NCBI RefSeq assembly: GCF_018350175.1
Contig: NC_058368.1
Span: forward strand, 122,576,001-122,640,000
Source: Felis catus
Taxonomy: Eukaryota
Direction: 5' to 3'
DNA: 64,000 bases
Part shown: one piece after another, positions 13,498 to 26,996 of the stretch
Position numbering within the stretch: position 1 is the stretch's first letter
How the letters are laid out: each line of letters starts with the position of its first letter
Position numbers and translations under genes: made by a program
The notes under the pieces: generated by a model
Database searches by the model: none
The model's input: only the letters and a program-made list of their open reading frames with translations
Told to the model about the DNA's origin: nothing

Positions 13498-14094
13498 ATT
13501 TAAATGACCAGTTAATTCTAGGTAGACTTAAGAGTCACAAACCCTGACGTTATTAATACCCACATCCTACTTTGGGGAGACATGTACCTCACTACCAGTG
13601 GCATGAATACATTCCCCTTTTGTGCATAGCCAGCCAAGACAGACACTCTCTCGGGATAGTAAGAAGTCCACCACTGGCCTGCCAAAATCTAAGTTCTGCA
13701 ACTAAAATAAAGTATTCCTGACATCTCTAAGAGTTCAACTTCACCACATCCCCATCGGGCCATTCCAGAGACACCACAATTCAAAACACACTGTGGAAAA
13801 AATGTAGCCTCTGATTGTAACTCCATTATAGTCCAGATACTGGCCATTGTCTTCCCATTTTCCTCCCTCCCTGATTTCCCTCTGAGGCAAATTGAGAACA
13901 AAAGGCATGAAGAGTTAGCTGTCCAGCCCATGTGTGTATATATTCATGTTTCCACCAGTTTTGAGCACTTGTAATACCATGTCTGAATCAGAAATGCCTT
14001 CCTCCTTTTCTCCACTGAGTCACTCAAGGTCACATTAATCCTTGAAGGCTTGGCTTGTATCTCCCCACCTTGCTCAAATCCCTACTGACAGCCA

Positions 14095-14345
14095 GCCAGG
14101 TCTAATAATTAAGAGTGTAGATGTGCCCTGGATGTAGACTGTCTGGGTTCACAATCCTGGCTCTGTTAGTTACTAGCTTTATGACGTTGGCCAAGTTGCT
14201 TAACCTCACCATGTCTTGATTCCTTCATTTGTGAGATGTAAAAAAAACACTTCCTCCATAGGTTTGTCATGTAGATTAAGTGTTAATATGTGTTAAGCCC
14301 ATAGCGTACTGCTAGGCACAGAAGTCAATAGGCATCAGCTATTAT
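14095..14345 (+). mobile_element. Near full-length MIR
   Basis: agactgtctgggttc...ctggctctg...ttactagct...caagttgcttaacctc core and 3' tail. Confidence 0.75.
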
Positions 14346-15067
14346 AGTCAATAACCATACTAATCCCATATAGCCCTCTCCCTGAATCTCATCTACTCTG
14401 TTACTTTAATAGTTGTTACTGATATTATCAGGTAATGTTATGCCTTTTTCATAAATACAGATATCTCCCTCAGTTCCCCTAAAAGAATGTGGGGTTCCTA
14501 GGGGAAGATGTGGGTCTCAATGATATCCACCATAGCACATGACATAGCACGTGTCCCATGCCTTAGACAACTGCCTTGCACACAGCAGCCTCTCCGTAAA
14601 TACTCAGATAGGCAAACAGCGATGTAACAACCATAGGGAATTACTTCTGCTTTTATGCTCTGTGATTTCACAATGTTTTTGAAGATCTATAAAATTTCAG
14701 GATTGGATGAAGAACATGTTAATCCACCCTTCGCTCCACCCCCAACACACACCTCTGATGGTTACATCCCTTCTAAAACATTCTTGGCAAGCAGCCTTCT
14801 AGGCTATTCTAACAGAGATGGCAAAGAGGATTTACATATTCAACTCCAGTAGTAGATGCCTGAGTCACTGTGTGAAGATGGGTTCTGAGCCTGTATTTAA
14901 GGCTCAACTGTGAAAAGTTCTGTGATCAATTAGTGATGCCCGTCACGAGCTCTGGAATGAGGAAGCAACATTAGGTACTATGCTTATTTCCATCTCTGAA
15001 AATCTCTACATCAGGGAACCTACTATCTCCAAAGAGAGCCAACTATATACAATAATTTTTTAGCAAG

Positions 15068-15207
15068 TGGCACCTAAGTGGCTCAGTTGATTGAGTGACC
15101 AACTCTTGATTTTGGCTCAGGTCAAGATCCCAGGGTCATGGGATCAAGCCCCATACTGGGTTCCATGCTGAGCATAGAGTCTGCTTAAGATTCTCTCTCT
15201 CTCTCTC

Positions 15208-15249
<42 letters not shown>

Positions 15250-15301
15250 TGCCCCTCCCCTGCTCATGCTTTCTTTTCTAAAATAAATAAAACGAAAAAA
15301 A
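15068..15301 (+). mobile_element. Can-SINE, older, long (CT)n
   Basis: GGCACCTAAGTGGCTCAG head; degenerate TSD ttttttag(c/t)aag. Confidence 0.85.
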
Positions 15302-15348
15302 GTTTTTTTAACTTTTTTAGTAAGAGAAAAATATGAAATCACTTATAT

Positions 15349-15570
15349 ATTTTTTAAAATTTTTTTTCAACGTTTATTTATTTTTGGGACAGAGAGAGAC
15401 AGAGCATGAACGGGGGAGGGGCAGAGAGAGAGGGAGACACAGAATCGGAAACAGACTCCAGGCTCCGAGCCATCAGCCCAGAGCCTGACGCGGGGCTCGA
15501 ACCCATGGACCGCGAGATCGTGACCTGGCTGAAGTCGGACACTTAACCGACTGCGCCACCCAGGCGCCCC
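15349..15570 (-). mobile_element. Young felid Can-SINE (SINEC_Fc-like)
   Basis: Near-consensus and CpG-rich; perfect 16-bp TSD ATGAAATCACTTATAT at 15333-15348 and 15571-15586. Confidence 0.93.
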
Positions 15571-16298
15571 ATGAAATCACTTATATTTTAAAGAAATTAT
15601 TATTTCACATTCGTTAGCTTGCCTACTATTTCCATCTGTTTTCTTTCTAATATGAAAAAGTGTCTTTGTCAGTAAGGCAACTAAACAAGAATATCTTCAT
15701 TCATGCATTTGTTTATTCATTCATTCACTCATTCATTCATTCAATGTATTTGATGAATATGTTAATCATTAGCAAGTGAATTACTCCCTGTGTTCCTCTT
15801 TCTCCTCATCTGAGAAAAAGGTAGTAACAGTACTTACTTTGTGGTATTGCTGGCAGACTCAATGAAGTAAGCCATGTCAACCATTTCACACAGTGCATGG
15901 CACATACTACATACTCAATAAAAGGTAGCTCTTTAGCCTCTACATGCTAAGTACTGGGTGAAATGCTCAGATACAGAGCTGAACAAGACGGGGTCCTTCC
16001 CCTTCAGGGCGCCGAACAGTGCCAGAAGTTCTGTGACTGACAAAAGCACAACAAGGTGTGTTGAGGCTCAGTGAAGGGACACGAGCCTAGATTTGGGGTC
16101 TCATAAGGAATACCCACCCACAGAAAGTTATACCTCGGCCAAGTTTTCAAAGATAAGGAAGAGATCCGCTATAACCAGAATCTTAAACTAGCCAAATAAT
16201 GCAAAAATAAAACTGAGCAAGGCCAGGGGTGGCAAACAGGATGGCCTGTACCCACCAGTCTCAGACACTATCTTTTGTGTGTCTGGGGCATGCCCCAC

Positions 16299-16384
16299 TT
16301 TTTTCTTCCTGAAGTTCATTTGTTTATTTTGAGAGAGAGACAGAACCAGTGGCAGAGGGGCAGAGAGAAAGGGGACAGAGGATC
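16299..16384 (-). mobile_element. Truncated Can-SINE 3' fragment
   Basis: tttgagagagagacagaacc...ggggcagagagaaaggggacagaggatc, after which similarity ends abruptly. Confidence 0.65.
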
Positions 16385-16854
16385 GTTCTGTAAGGTAAGT
16401 ACACATCCCTAAAGTATCTATTTGAAAATCTTATCTGAGATTTATGTCCTATCTGTGCTCCAGCCACCTAAGCTCTACCTAAGTCAAGGCTCAGTTTAAA
16501 TGCCTCTCCGGCCCTGCAAACCATCCTCTGAAGGGATTTCTCCTCTTGGTGCACTTCTGTATCACTTATCCTCACTTGAACTCTGATACCAATTACCTAA
16601 GGCCTTATATTTTTAGGGGGCTGTAATTTTTGTGCACAGTTTTCACTGAACTTACGGACAATGTCACATCTTCCACTTCTCCAAGATGCACAGAGTGCCC
16701 GTCAATGTCACTTGCACAAAGGGGCCTACAGCATCATTTGGTTGACTGAATTCAGATTTTTCACTTCATTCATGGAATTCAAATAAATTAAAGCCAGTTC
16801 CCATTTTAAGGGATTATGTGCATCCAGAACAAAGGGTTAAAATACTCAGTTTTA

Positions 16855-17075
16855 GGGGTGCTTGAGTGGTTCAGTCGGTTAAGTGTCTAACTCTTGATTT
16901 CGGCTCAGGTCATGATCGCACATCTCGTGGGATAGAGCCCTATGTCAGGCTCTGCACTGACAGCACGGAGCCTGTTTGGGATTCTCTCTCTCCCTCTCTC
17001 TCTACCCCTCCTTTCCTCACTCTCTCTCTCTTCTCAAAATAAATAAATAAACAAACATTAATTTTTTTTAAATAA
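16855..17075 (+). mobile_element. Can-SINE
   Basis: GGGGTGCTTGAGTGGTTCAGTCGG head, CT repeat and A tail; ends about 140 nt from the exon 2 donor. Confidence 0.85.
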
Positions 17076-17166
17076 AGACTCATTTTTTAAGGAGAAGAAG
17101 AAATGAAACACAAAGAATCAAAGGTCTAGTAAGCAAAAAAGAAGGAAGCTTCTTTCTGAGCCTCTA

Positions 17167-17304
<138 letters not shown>

Positions 17305-18142
17305 CTAGAAAAGAAGGAAAACATAAGTCAGTCTCACAGCTAGGAATTAAGAAGTCACACCTTCCAACCCAATTCACTATTCTAGAGGTCTAGGAGGAAC
17401 ACATTTACTTAAGACATCTGTGTGCTCAATGCACTCAGTGTTTGAACTGAGTATATTTGTTGGGGATCCAGTCTTTCATGTTTGCCTCTAATTCAAACTC
17501 TTCTTGCTTCTGCAACCTGCCACAGCCACATAGAAACAGAGCTGCTTGAGGAAAGACACTCTTTTATTATTTTCTCCGGCTCACTAAGCAGTAAATTTTA
17601 GAGTGGTACGTAACATACACCTCAGTGCCTGGCACCTTGTTGGCACTCAACAATGATTCTCGAAAATAGGACTTAGGATCATGCATACAATGAAATAGCC
17701 TTTAAAAGTCTTTATAATGACATGAGGGTCATATCATGTTACAATTCAGGATACATATACATGTATACACACACGCACATAAGGTTGTGGAATGTATAGG
17801 AAAAGCAGTGAAGGGAAAAAAGACAAAATACCTATGGTATTCTATATTATTTAATCCAGGGTGGAGAAATTGTGCAGGATGCTCATTTGCTTCATGAAAC
17901 TCTCACATTTTCTGAAATGGTTCTGTTGCCTTTATTATGAGAAAAAAATGCTTTTCTTATAATTAAAGACTTTTTAAAAACTGTAACTTAGATGAAGTTT
18001 GGATAAGTGATCAAATTAGAAACAATGCAAATACACTCCAAGCTAATTAAAAAAACACAAACATATATTTTATACATGTCAGGAGAGGGACAAATCAGTG
18101 TCAGCTTTTGAAATCACAGATGCCATTAAATGAGTGAATGGC

Positions 18143-18355
18143 GGGGCGCCTGGGTGGCTCAGTCGGTTAAGCATCCGACTTCAGCTCAGGTCACGATCTC
18201 GCGGTCCGTGAGTTCGAGCCCCGCATTGGGCTCTGGGCTGATGGCTCAGAGCCTGGAGCCTGCTTCCGGTTCTGTGTCTCCTTCTCTCTCTGCCCCTCCC
18301 CCGTTCATGCTCTGTCTCTCTCTGTCTCAAAAATAAATAAACTTAAAAAAAAAAT
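18143..18355 (+). mobile_element. Young felid Can-SINE
   Basis: Intact A box (TGGCTCAGTCGG) and B box (GTTCGAGCC); perfect 17-bp TSD TTAAATGAGTGAATGGC at 18126-18142 and 18356-18372. Confidence 0.93.
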
Positions 18356-18518
18356 TTAAATGAGTGAATGGCGCTTAGACTGTGGCATGAGGGTGGATGC
18401 AGCTTCAGTGGGCTCCAGGGGGAGAAGAGAAATCTCAGGAGCCTGGCCAAGTGGGACTACAGCTTGAAAGAAGAATGGCACATTGCATTTTTTAAGAATT
18501 CAACTCACAGACTTCAAT

Positions 18519-18583
18519 TCCATCCATCCATCAATCCATTATTCATCCATCCATCCACATACCATCCATCCATCCACTCATCC
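18519..18583. repeat. Imperfect (CATC)n repeat
   Basis: Seen directly. Confidence 0.85.
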
Positions 18584-20085
18584 AGCAAGCAGTTATCTAA
18601 TATGAATGACTAAATACATAAGGAGGCTGCAATTATTGAGTCACACCATGCCGTTGCTTTTATAAAATCTAAATGGGATATCTGGCAATAAAGGAAAAAG
18701 AAAGTCAACAAAACAAATAAAACAATATAAAATTGTATTAAGTGTCACAAAACATAGGGGAGTGGGCTTGTTTTAAACAGAGGCTGAAAGAGGCTCTTGC
18801 AGGGAAGATCACCTAGATGGGGTGACGATGGAGAACTGCAGGCTGAGGGAACAGCATGTGCAGAAGCCCTGCGGTAGAAATGGGTTTTCTTTGAAAGCCT
18901 GAAAAAGATCAGTGTCAAGATAGGGAGCTTAGGGATCAAGGAGGAAAGCAGCAGAGATGAAGGTGGCAAGGCAGGTAACTGGCTTTCAAAAAGGACATAC
19001 GTTGTACAGGGAAGGAAGCCCCCAAAGATGCTGATTTCTAGCTTCGGAAAAAAAAAAAAATGGTGTGAATAGGGCCAGAAAATGAGAACTGAGGCTAGGG
19101 CTGCACATGGGATATAGCAAAGTGCCCCTTCCAAGGTACTACAGGAGAGTAAGAAATTTCATCATGACAGACTGTCAGGGGAGAGGATCTGAAAGAGATA
19201 TGGATCAATGAGGCACTTATAAAAATACCCACATATGCGAAAATGTGCTAATGAAGTCAAATACAAACTCCTACCACACGTGACCCACAAGCCCCTCCTG
19301 ATTTGGCAGTTAGCCAATATACCCACTCTCATTTCTATCATGTATGGCCTCGTGTTTCACACCACGGCAAACCAAGAGACATGTAGTTCTTGTCATATAG
19401 CAGGCTCTCTGGGCACTGAGACTTTACAAAGAAGCTCCCTCCACCTTCCCGTATGTATTCATGTAGTTTCTGACAACCACCCCCTCCTCTGTCAAGCCTC
19501 CAGTCAAAGGGTTTCTCCTGTAGGATGCATTACCTGACTTGCGAGCAAATTCCACCTGCTCCCCTTGCAATTCAGTTCAGACAACTTTGTTGTTCTACAA
19601 TAGTTGCTTGACTGTTCAACTGTCTCCCAACCAGACCAAAGACACTATAGTCTTGGAACCATGCATCTTTTGATCTTTTCACCTTCATTCCTGGAGCCCA
19701 TCCTAGACAGCTGTTAAATACTGGTAAAATGAATAGGTAAAGAGTGGGACACAGGAGGTCATATCATTATGATGGAAAGGCCATCTGAGTCAGAAAACTA
19801 TGTGTTGTGACCAGAAAACTGGACTAGCATTTTTACAGTAATTGCAAAATTATATGAGGGGGTCCCAGAGCTGTGCTTCCCGAACTAGAGTGCATATTAG
19901 AAAAATATATTCCCAGGGCCTGCTGCAGACCACCAGATCTGTACTTTATAAACTCCAGAAGTGGCTCTCACACAGCCATCAGCCAGCCCAACACCAAGTC
20001 AGAGATGAGCACCAGAAACCATTGTTCTGTGTGTTCCAGGCACAGTTCTGTGCGTCTGGGAAGGCAGAAGAAGCTTCATAAAAAC

Positions 20086-20272
20086 GGGACGCCTGGGTGG
20101 CTCAGTCAGTTAAGCGTCTGACTTCGGCTGAGGTCACAATCTCACGGTTTGTGAGTTCAAGCCCCGTGTCGGGCTCTGTGCTGACAGCGTGGAGCCTACT
20201 TGGGATTCTGTTCTCTCTCTCTCTGTCCCTCCCCAGCTCTCTCTATATCAAAAATTAATAAACATTAAAACA
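20086..20272 (+). mobile_element. Can-SINE
   Basis: GGGACGCCTGGGTGGCTCAG head through an A-rich tail. Confidence 0.85.
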
Positions 20273-21797
20273 AATAGTCTTGGTAACTACAAGGTTTCCC
20301 TCTAACAGCTCAGTGCTTTTCTGATGTTCTTTATCTTCCTAGCAAAGAATTGAAGTAAGTTGCTGTTTGGAAAGGGGCCAGCTACCACCCATACTGAGCC
20401 CAGCTATGAAATATGACCATCCTTCTGCCTAGGGGAACATCCACGCTAGGGAACAACAGGCATGATCATTACTTCCTTCAACAAGCATCAGATGTTAGCA
20501 AAGGGGCGTGGTATCTCAGGCCCATGGTACATCAGGGGGATAGTAAGAGGTGATCCAAGTGTAATTAACATCATTGAGATGGCATCGCTGGAGACTCCTC
20601 AAATGCTAATTAGATAAACCTTCTCTGGCTCAATAATCCAGAATCTAAGTAAATAGAGCACAGAGATGAATTACAGGCTTCATGTAGGTTTCAGAGATAG
20701 GACTAACAGGGCTCTTGCTCTATGGACTGCTTTAGTACTAATATTATTTGTTTTCATCATGCAGAGCAGAAATATCTAAACCTCAATTCACAGAGCTCAA
20801 ACAAATGCTGCCCCTGGGGATCCTCAGCTTGTCCCCTACCTTTTATTAAAGTGGTAAATAAAACTACTTCATTCATTTAACTCTTGCCGTGCATGTGGGA
20901 TCTGCCACAAAGGGTAGCTTAGGCAAGGTGTCATCAGACGCAGGAAAATCTGAAAGGCAAGTCCTGGGTTTGGCGTTGAAGAACGGCATCACTACTGACC
21001 ATCCCCAGGTCATAGAAAACCAAACCTCACTGGGTACAAAACATGCTTGTCTGTGAGTTCACAACCCAGCTCTACAGATTAACACAAGCTAGGCCTGAAA
21101 ACCAACAAGACAAACAAATCTGACATCTGTGATTAAAAGTCACCCTCGATGATGTTAGGACTGGTCAATGTGGTCCTGCGGGACTCTTCATTTTCTGTTC
21201 CCAGAGGCTGATGATGTCAAGCATCCATGAGGTGACGCCAGAAGAGGTAAAACGGTCTAGTCTGGACATCCACCAACGTTTCTCATGTAATGATACATAC
21301 AAAGAATGATGGTATTTTGAGAGCACACTGGGATAATCTGGAGGGTATATGGAACCCAAAATAAAACTATTCAGAGCCTAAAATAACCGAGGACTCTGAC
21401 TGCCTTGGGCCCTGCCCAGCTGCCAAGGGCTGGGTATGGTGAGCTCTTGAAGGCCAGTGGGGTGCAAGGCATAACAGCCGGCCAGGCTGGGTCTGGCTGG
21501 CTTCTCCTATCGCTAGGAGAATCAGGTAGACCAGTTAATGAGGTGTGTGATCTTGAGTTAAGACCTAACCCCTCAGAACTTCAGTTTTTATTAGCTCAGA
21601 GTGGATAATAATACCTAGCTCACCTCACAGCACAGCTGCCAGGAATAAATGGGGGGGCCAGGGGGTGGGAGTATGTGTCTGTGAGTGCATATACACGTAT
21701 CAGATAGCCAACACACAGTAAACACTTCTACTAAATATTAGCTATATTGATTCTGTTCATATTATTTACAGCATTTTTAAGTATTTTTAGAAGTCTA

Positions 21798-22024
21798 GAG
21801 GCACCTGCGTGGCTCAGCCCATTAAGCATCCGGTCATGATCTCATGGTTCGTGACTTCGAGCCCCATGTCGGGCTTTGTGCTGACAGCTCAGAGCCTGGA
21901 GCCTGTTTCAGATTCGGTCTCCTTCTCTCTCTGCCCCTCCCCTGCTCACACTCTGTCTCTCTCTTTCTCTCTCTCTCTCTCCCAAAAGTAAATAAACATT
22001 AAAAAGTAAATAAATAAAATAAAA
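21798..22024 (+). mobile_element. Can-SINE
   Basis: Typical body; TSD tattttta(g/a)aagtct. Confidence 0.85.
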
Positions 22025-22679
22025 TATTTTTAAAAGTCTTAAATTAAGAAGTATATTGGAAAGGGATTGTTCCCATTTCCCAAATGGGGAGATACACATA
22101 AAGGCGAGTGACTTTCTCCAAATGACAGAGTTGATTAGTTCCTGTCGGAAGCAAATCCAGGTCTCCTACCTCTGGACACTGGACAGATTTCTACCTGAGG
22201 CCACTGAACCACTTATTCTGAAACCTTATGACAAGTGGTTCATCCTGACAGAGCTCTCCTCATTGTTTGATACTGAATCTGACTGTTCCAGTGCTAAAAC
22301 ATCTGACCAGATCTCTGTGGCAGGTAACTTCAGGAATCGAAGAACTTTTAAGCCACTACTTATAAAAGTAGTGCATTAAACCTGCCCATTACAGCCTGAG
22401 TGTGTAATTTTTTACATTTTATATTACAGCAGCTTATTATAAAGGAGTCTCATATACAATCCAGGGTAGCACCAGCCCTTCAAGTTTAACAAAGACCAAT
22501 GTTTTTTCCTTCACTAATGTATGATAATGATTTAAAAAATCAACCATAAAAAATTTGGAGTTTGTCAGAAAAAGGGAGGGAGGAGAAAGAGGGAGAGAAG
22601 GATGGAGGAAGGAGGAAGGAGAGAGAGAGGAGAAAATAAAGTCTGTAACAAGGCATGTTGTTGAGAATGGCTGGACTCA

Positions 22680-22885
22680 GGGGAGCCTGGGTGACTCAGT
22701 TGGTTAAGCATCCACTCTTGATTTCAGCTCAGGTTATGATCTCACAGTTTGTGAGTTTTAGCCTTGTGATGGGCTCTGCACTGGCAGCATGGAGTCCACT
22801 TGGGATTCTCTCTCTCCCTCTCTCTCTGCCCCTCCCCTGTATGCGCTCTCTCTCAAAATAAATAAACTTAAAAAAAAAAAAAAAA
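22680..22885 (+). mobile_element. Can-SINE
   Basis: GGGGAGCCTGGGTGACTCAG head, A tail; degenerate TSD beginning agaatgg. Confidence 0.85.
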
Positions 22886-25800
22886 GAATGGATGGATGGA
22901 TGGATTCAAACTAGAACAGAATGAAAGAACAGAATCTTGAACTCAAGGCTACTGGAGATGTGGGTTCCCATTTTAGTTTTTTCAGCTAATCTTCAAGTTA
23001 AAAGAACTTAAATCACTACCTCTGTCTGTCTGAGGTAATGAGAATACGGCTCCCAGAGAAACCAGAGCCCTCTGTGGACTTCTTCCCCATGAATAAAGTC
23101 AGCCTGAGAACAGTACTTAAGACACATCTGTTCTATACTCTGCCGACATTCCAGCAGCTCAGAATAAAAACTATAATCCCGAGAACAGAAAAGGAGGATA
23201 TAAAATGAAGACTGTCTTCCAAAATCAAATACTGTGTTACCTGTGTACAAATCACAAAGCACAGACTCTGACCCTCAGTGGGGACTCAAGATCCTTTTAA
23301 AGTCCAGAGGAAGGCGCAGGTGGTTATTCAAAATAAATTCCCATCTGGGTAATTAGATTTAACTCCCTAGAAACATTCCTACTCATAAGAATACATGAGG
23401 ATGGGTAGACTACGTGGATGAAAACTTGTTTTTCTTCCCCAAAGCGGCATCATTTAAAGAGAGAAAGGGCATTCTAAGGTAGTCCAGTTCACACAATATA
23501 GTATTCAGGAAAGCATACCGAATAGGCTCCAGGAGACCAGAGTTCCCATCCTGGTTCTGCAGGATTGGGTGAGACACACAGACGCCTGGACAAATGACTT
23601 CACTTCTCTGGGCTTCAGTCACCTCAAAGGGGACAATGATACCTTTCTCTCAGGGTGCTAGCTAGGATTACGGGGACACTGTATGTACAGGGCTGAACTC
23701 TTAAATGCTTCATACATGTGAGCTGCCGTCTTTAGTAGCACTGGCTACTGTAAAACTGCCCACTCACAAATACTCAGGAAGAAGTGAGCTAGCATTTTAT
23801 TAATCAAAATATAACAGATCTTGCCATAAAGGGAATGCCAGAGACGCCAGTCTCCAGTCAACCCTCAGCAACTGTTCTCGGCTCCTGCCGCCAGCAGCCA
23901 AGCTCAGCCAAGACTTCTCCTTTTAAACTTCTCCCCCCGCCCAGAGGGCAAGTTCTCATGGCCCCTCCAGGTCATTCTTCCTCTGAAAATAAGCCTCCAT
24001 GAGGATATAACAAACCACTTGCTCTTACGGCAAGGTCTTAAACCTGCCCCCAAACCCACTCTCCCTGCTCAATGTATGGATCTGTTTCCTGGATCCTCAA
24101 TGACAAACATGCCATTGAGACAGAGAGAAAGAGAAAGGTCCAGGAGAAAACAGACATACCGAAGAGCGACACAGTTTCATGATTCTGAGTTTGTATTGCA
24201 ACTGAGCATAGTTTCATGGTGTCGGCTGCTCCAAACCTCTAGAGTGCTACAGACGAGTCTCACGTTCTTTCTCTCCTCACCCAAATGCATGCCCAGGTGT
24301 GCTAGACGGAGGTTAACCTGGGGCATTCCCTTCAAAACTGAGCCCACTAAGCAGAATTCATAACAAATGGGAAGCCCCATTTTCACTTTCTTTATTATGT
24401 TCCCTTTGGCCCTGGAGGGACAGAACCCAAGGCAAGGAGAGGCAGGAACACAGAAGAAACAGTAGCCACGGAGAGTATTAACCCAGGGTAGGGTGGCCAC
24501 TCAGTCTTGGGAACTAAGAACTTCAAAGCCAGCTATGTGCATTCTTCCCTCCCCAGAGCCATGTTAACCGTCTTAAAGATGTGATTATCAAAGGGCCAGA
24601 CAAGTTATGTAGCCTGCCCTGGGTGAGAATGGAGAGGGAGGTGAACTGTGGGTGGTATCTTAATCCTAGCCCCCTGATAACAGTCTTTCCATCTGCAGCA
24701 GCATTCCAGACACATGTGAGCACAAGTGGATAACCAGGTTAGAAACGAGAGCAGGGGAGGGGAGGTGGACAGGAGGAGCCACAAGCCCACTTCACTCGCA
24801 AGGAGGAAGGTCAGCTGGGCCTATGAAGCCCAAACCTCAGATGCTCATGTACCATTTTCAGACGTTTGACATAACCTGCTAGAAACTGTGCTGTCATTTA
24901 CTTAATATTAGCCTTACATCAACGTGTTCTAAAAGTAAACGCTGCCTTACTCCTATAAATTCTAAGCTAGTATCACCTACCAAAAATAGACGGCGAACCT
25001 AGGAATGAATACTATAAAAGCATCACTACACTTTGGCTATGTTCTGCTGCCTTCGAAAGGATTCTAAAGGATGAGCTCAGATCTGCTACCTTTGTTAAAA
25101 TGAAGTTACCAAGTATCGGGCAGGTGTCCAATTCAGAACAGCAGTACACTGAGACATCTTCCTTGAACTATTCAAACAGGTTAGAACAATAGTTAGAAAG
25201 GGGACAAAATGTCTTACTGGGGGATACAATGTCAGAATGCCCTCTGACAGAACGACTTAAAACGATCAAATGTAGCAGCAGGGATACCACCCCTCGAGAC
25301 CTAGACTACCATGGGCCAAAATGGGCTCGTCAGACGCAAGAGCAGGGCTCCGAGCAGAGTCACAGGGATCTCTGAGATTCTGGGCAGCACAGCAGAGGAA
25401 GGAGATTACCAGGGATCACAAAGAATCACTGTGTCAGAAGGTAATGGGGAATGAGAGAAAGAGGCAGAGTCGGGTAGATCTAGTGCGAGGATACACCTGC
25501 CATATCAGAAAGCAGGAAGAGCCAGGGCCTGGATAAAAGAAGAAATTGGCACATATTTAGCTGGACTCTGGGAGGGAAATATGGAAAGGTGACTGTCTTG
25601 GATGGCAACCAGCCCTGCCAGCAGTGTGCAGAGCCATTCAGAGTTGAGGAAAAGACCAAGGGGGGTGCAAGCCAGACCTGCATTTGCATCTCTGCTACTA
25701 AGTACTGGTTTTTAGGCAGGTGACTTGATCTATGTCTGGGCCTCAACTTCCCTAGATGAGTGGAACTCAACTAATCTCAGCTTCCTTAGCTTTAGCTCTC

Positions 25801-26086
25801 TACAAAGGCCTGCTGATGGATCTGTAAAGTACAGATATATTTCAACAGATATCGAGTACAATAACGTCTACCCTCATAGCGCTAGTGTGAGAATTAACTA
25901 TCAGGCAGGGTCGACACTTAGAAAACACTCCCTACGTGGTAGGCATCGCAAATATTGCTACTACAGCTGCTGCTAGCACCGTGCTACCACTGCCATTTGA
26001 CTGCGCTTATTCTATGGATACACAAAGGCAAAACCAAATCACCGTAGAAATGTAATGTAGGTATTATTTATTATACATAAATTATT

Positions 26087-26112
26087 TAGTAGTAGTAGTA
26101 GTAGTAGTAGTA
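26087..26112. repeat. (TAG)n microsatellite
   Basis: Seen directly. Confidence 0.95.
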
Positions 26113-26539
26113 ATAGCAGTATATAAAATGTGTAGCTCAGGACCAGAATGTAAAGTAGAATATAGACTAAAGAAAAGCCAGCGCTTTAAAGAATTAATTC
26201 GTGGCTATCTTGGGTCTGGATTTATGTGACAGTTTTGTGTTTTACTATGTTTTTGTTTTTGTTGTGCACTGTTACTTACTAGGACTCAAATCCACATGCT
26301 ATGGGTGAAAGTGCTCTGCGCATATGCAGGCTAGAACCCCGGGATCCAGCTTCATTCCAACAAGATCCCTTGCCCCCTCAGCTCAACAGCCTGTACAAAA
26401 GCCAAATGCCTATTTCATCAGGAAGGAGTGCATGAAATTTCAACCCAGGCCTCGATTCGATGGGCTTAATAATTCATTCCTGAAACACACATTTGTGTGA
26501 CTGCCACCTGTGAAGTTGTATGTTAGGAGCATGTAGGAA

Positions 26540-26996
26540 AAGTAAGGTGTGAACACAAATAGCAAGATGAAGTAGAGAAAGGGTATAACTATCGACGGTA
26601 AAATGATCAGGGGTTGCCAGTGGTTTGAGGAGGTGGTGAGTGAGGGGGATGGGGGTGTGTGCTGGTGAACAGGTGAAGGGATGGAGCCCTGAGATTTTCT
26701 GGGCAGTGAAACTATGCCGTAAGGTACTTTAATTGTAGATACGTGACAGGATGCATTTGTCAAAACCACAGAACTGCACAAGAGTAAATTATGTACAATT
26801 AAGGACTTTTACTAATAACAGATCAATACTGGTTCATCATTTGTAGCAAATGTACCACACCAGTCAGAATGATAATAAAGGGAAACAATGGGGTGGGGTG
26901 GCGGGTGGGGAATGAAGGGAGTTTATGAGAGTGCTCTGTGCTTTCTGCTCAATTTTTCTGTAAACCTCAAAGCACTCTAAAAAGTCTATCAATTAA
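26540..26996 (+). mobile_element. Ancient L1MC-like 3' end
   Basis: gggcagtgaaacta...catttgtcaaaacc...aaatgtaccacac...ctgctcaatttttctgtaaacct, resembling the L1MC 3'UTR. Confidence 0.75.

Noticed and set aside
18130..18336. Recurrent peptide GAWVAQSVK...FMLCLSLSQK (also at 39831, 51090, 57392) suggesting a gene family
   Set aside because: These are translations of Can-SINE copies.
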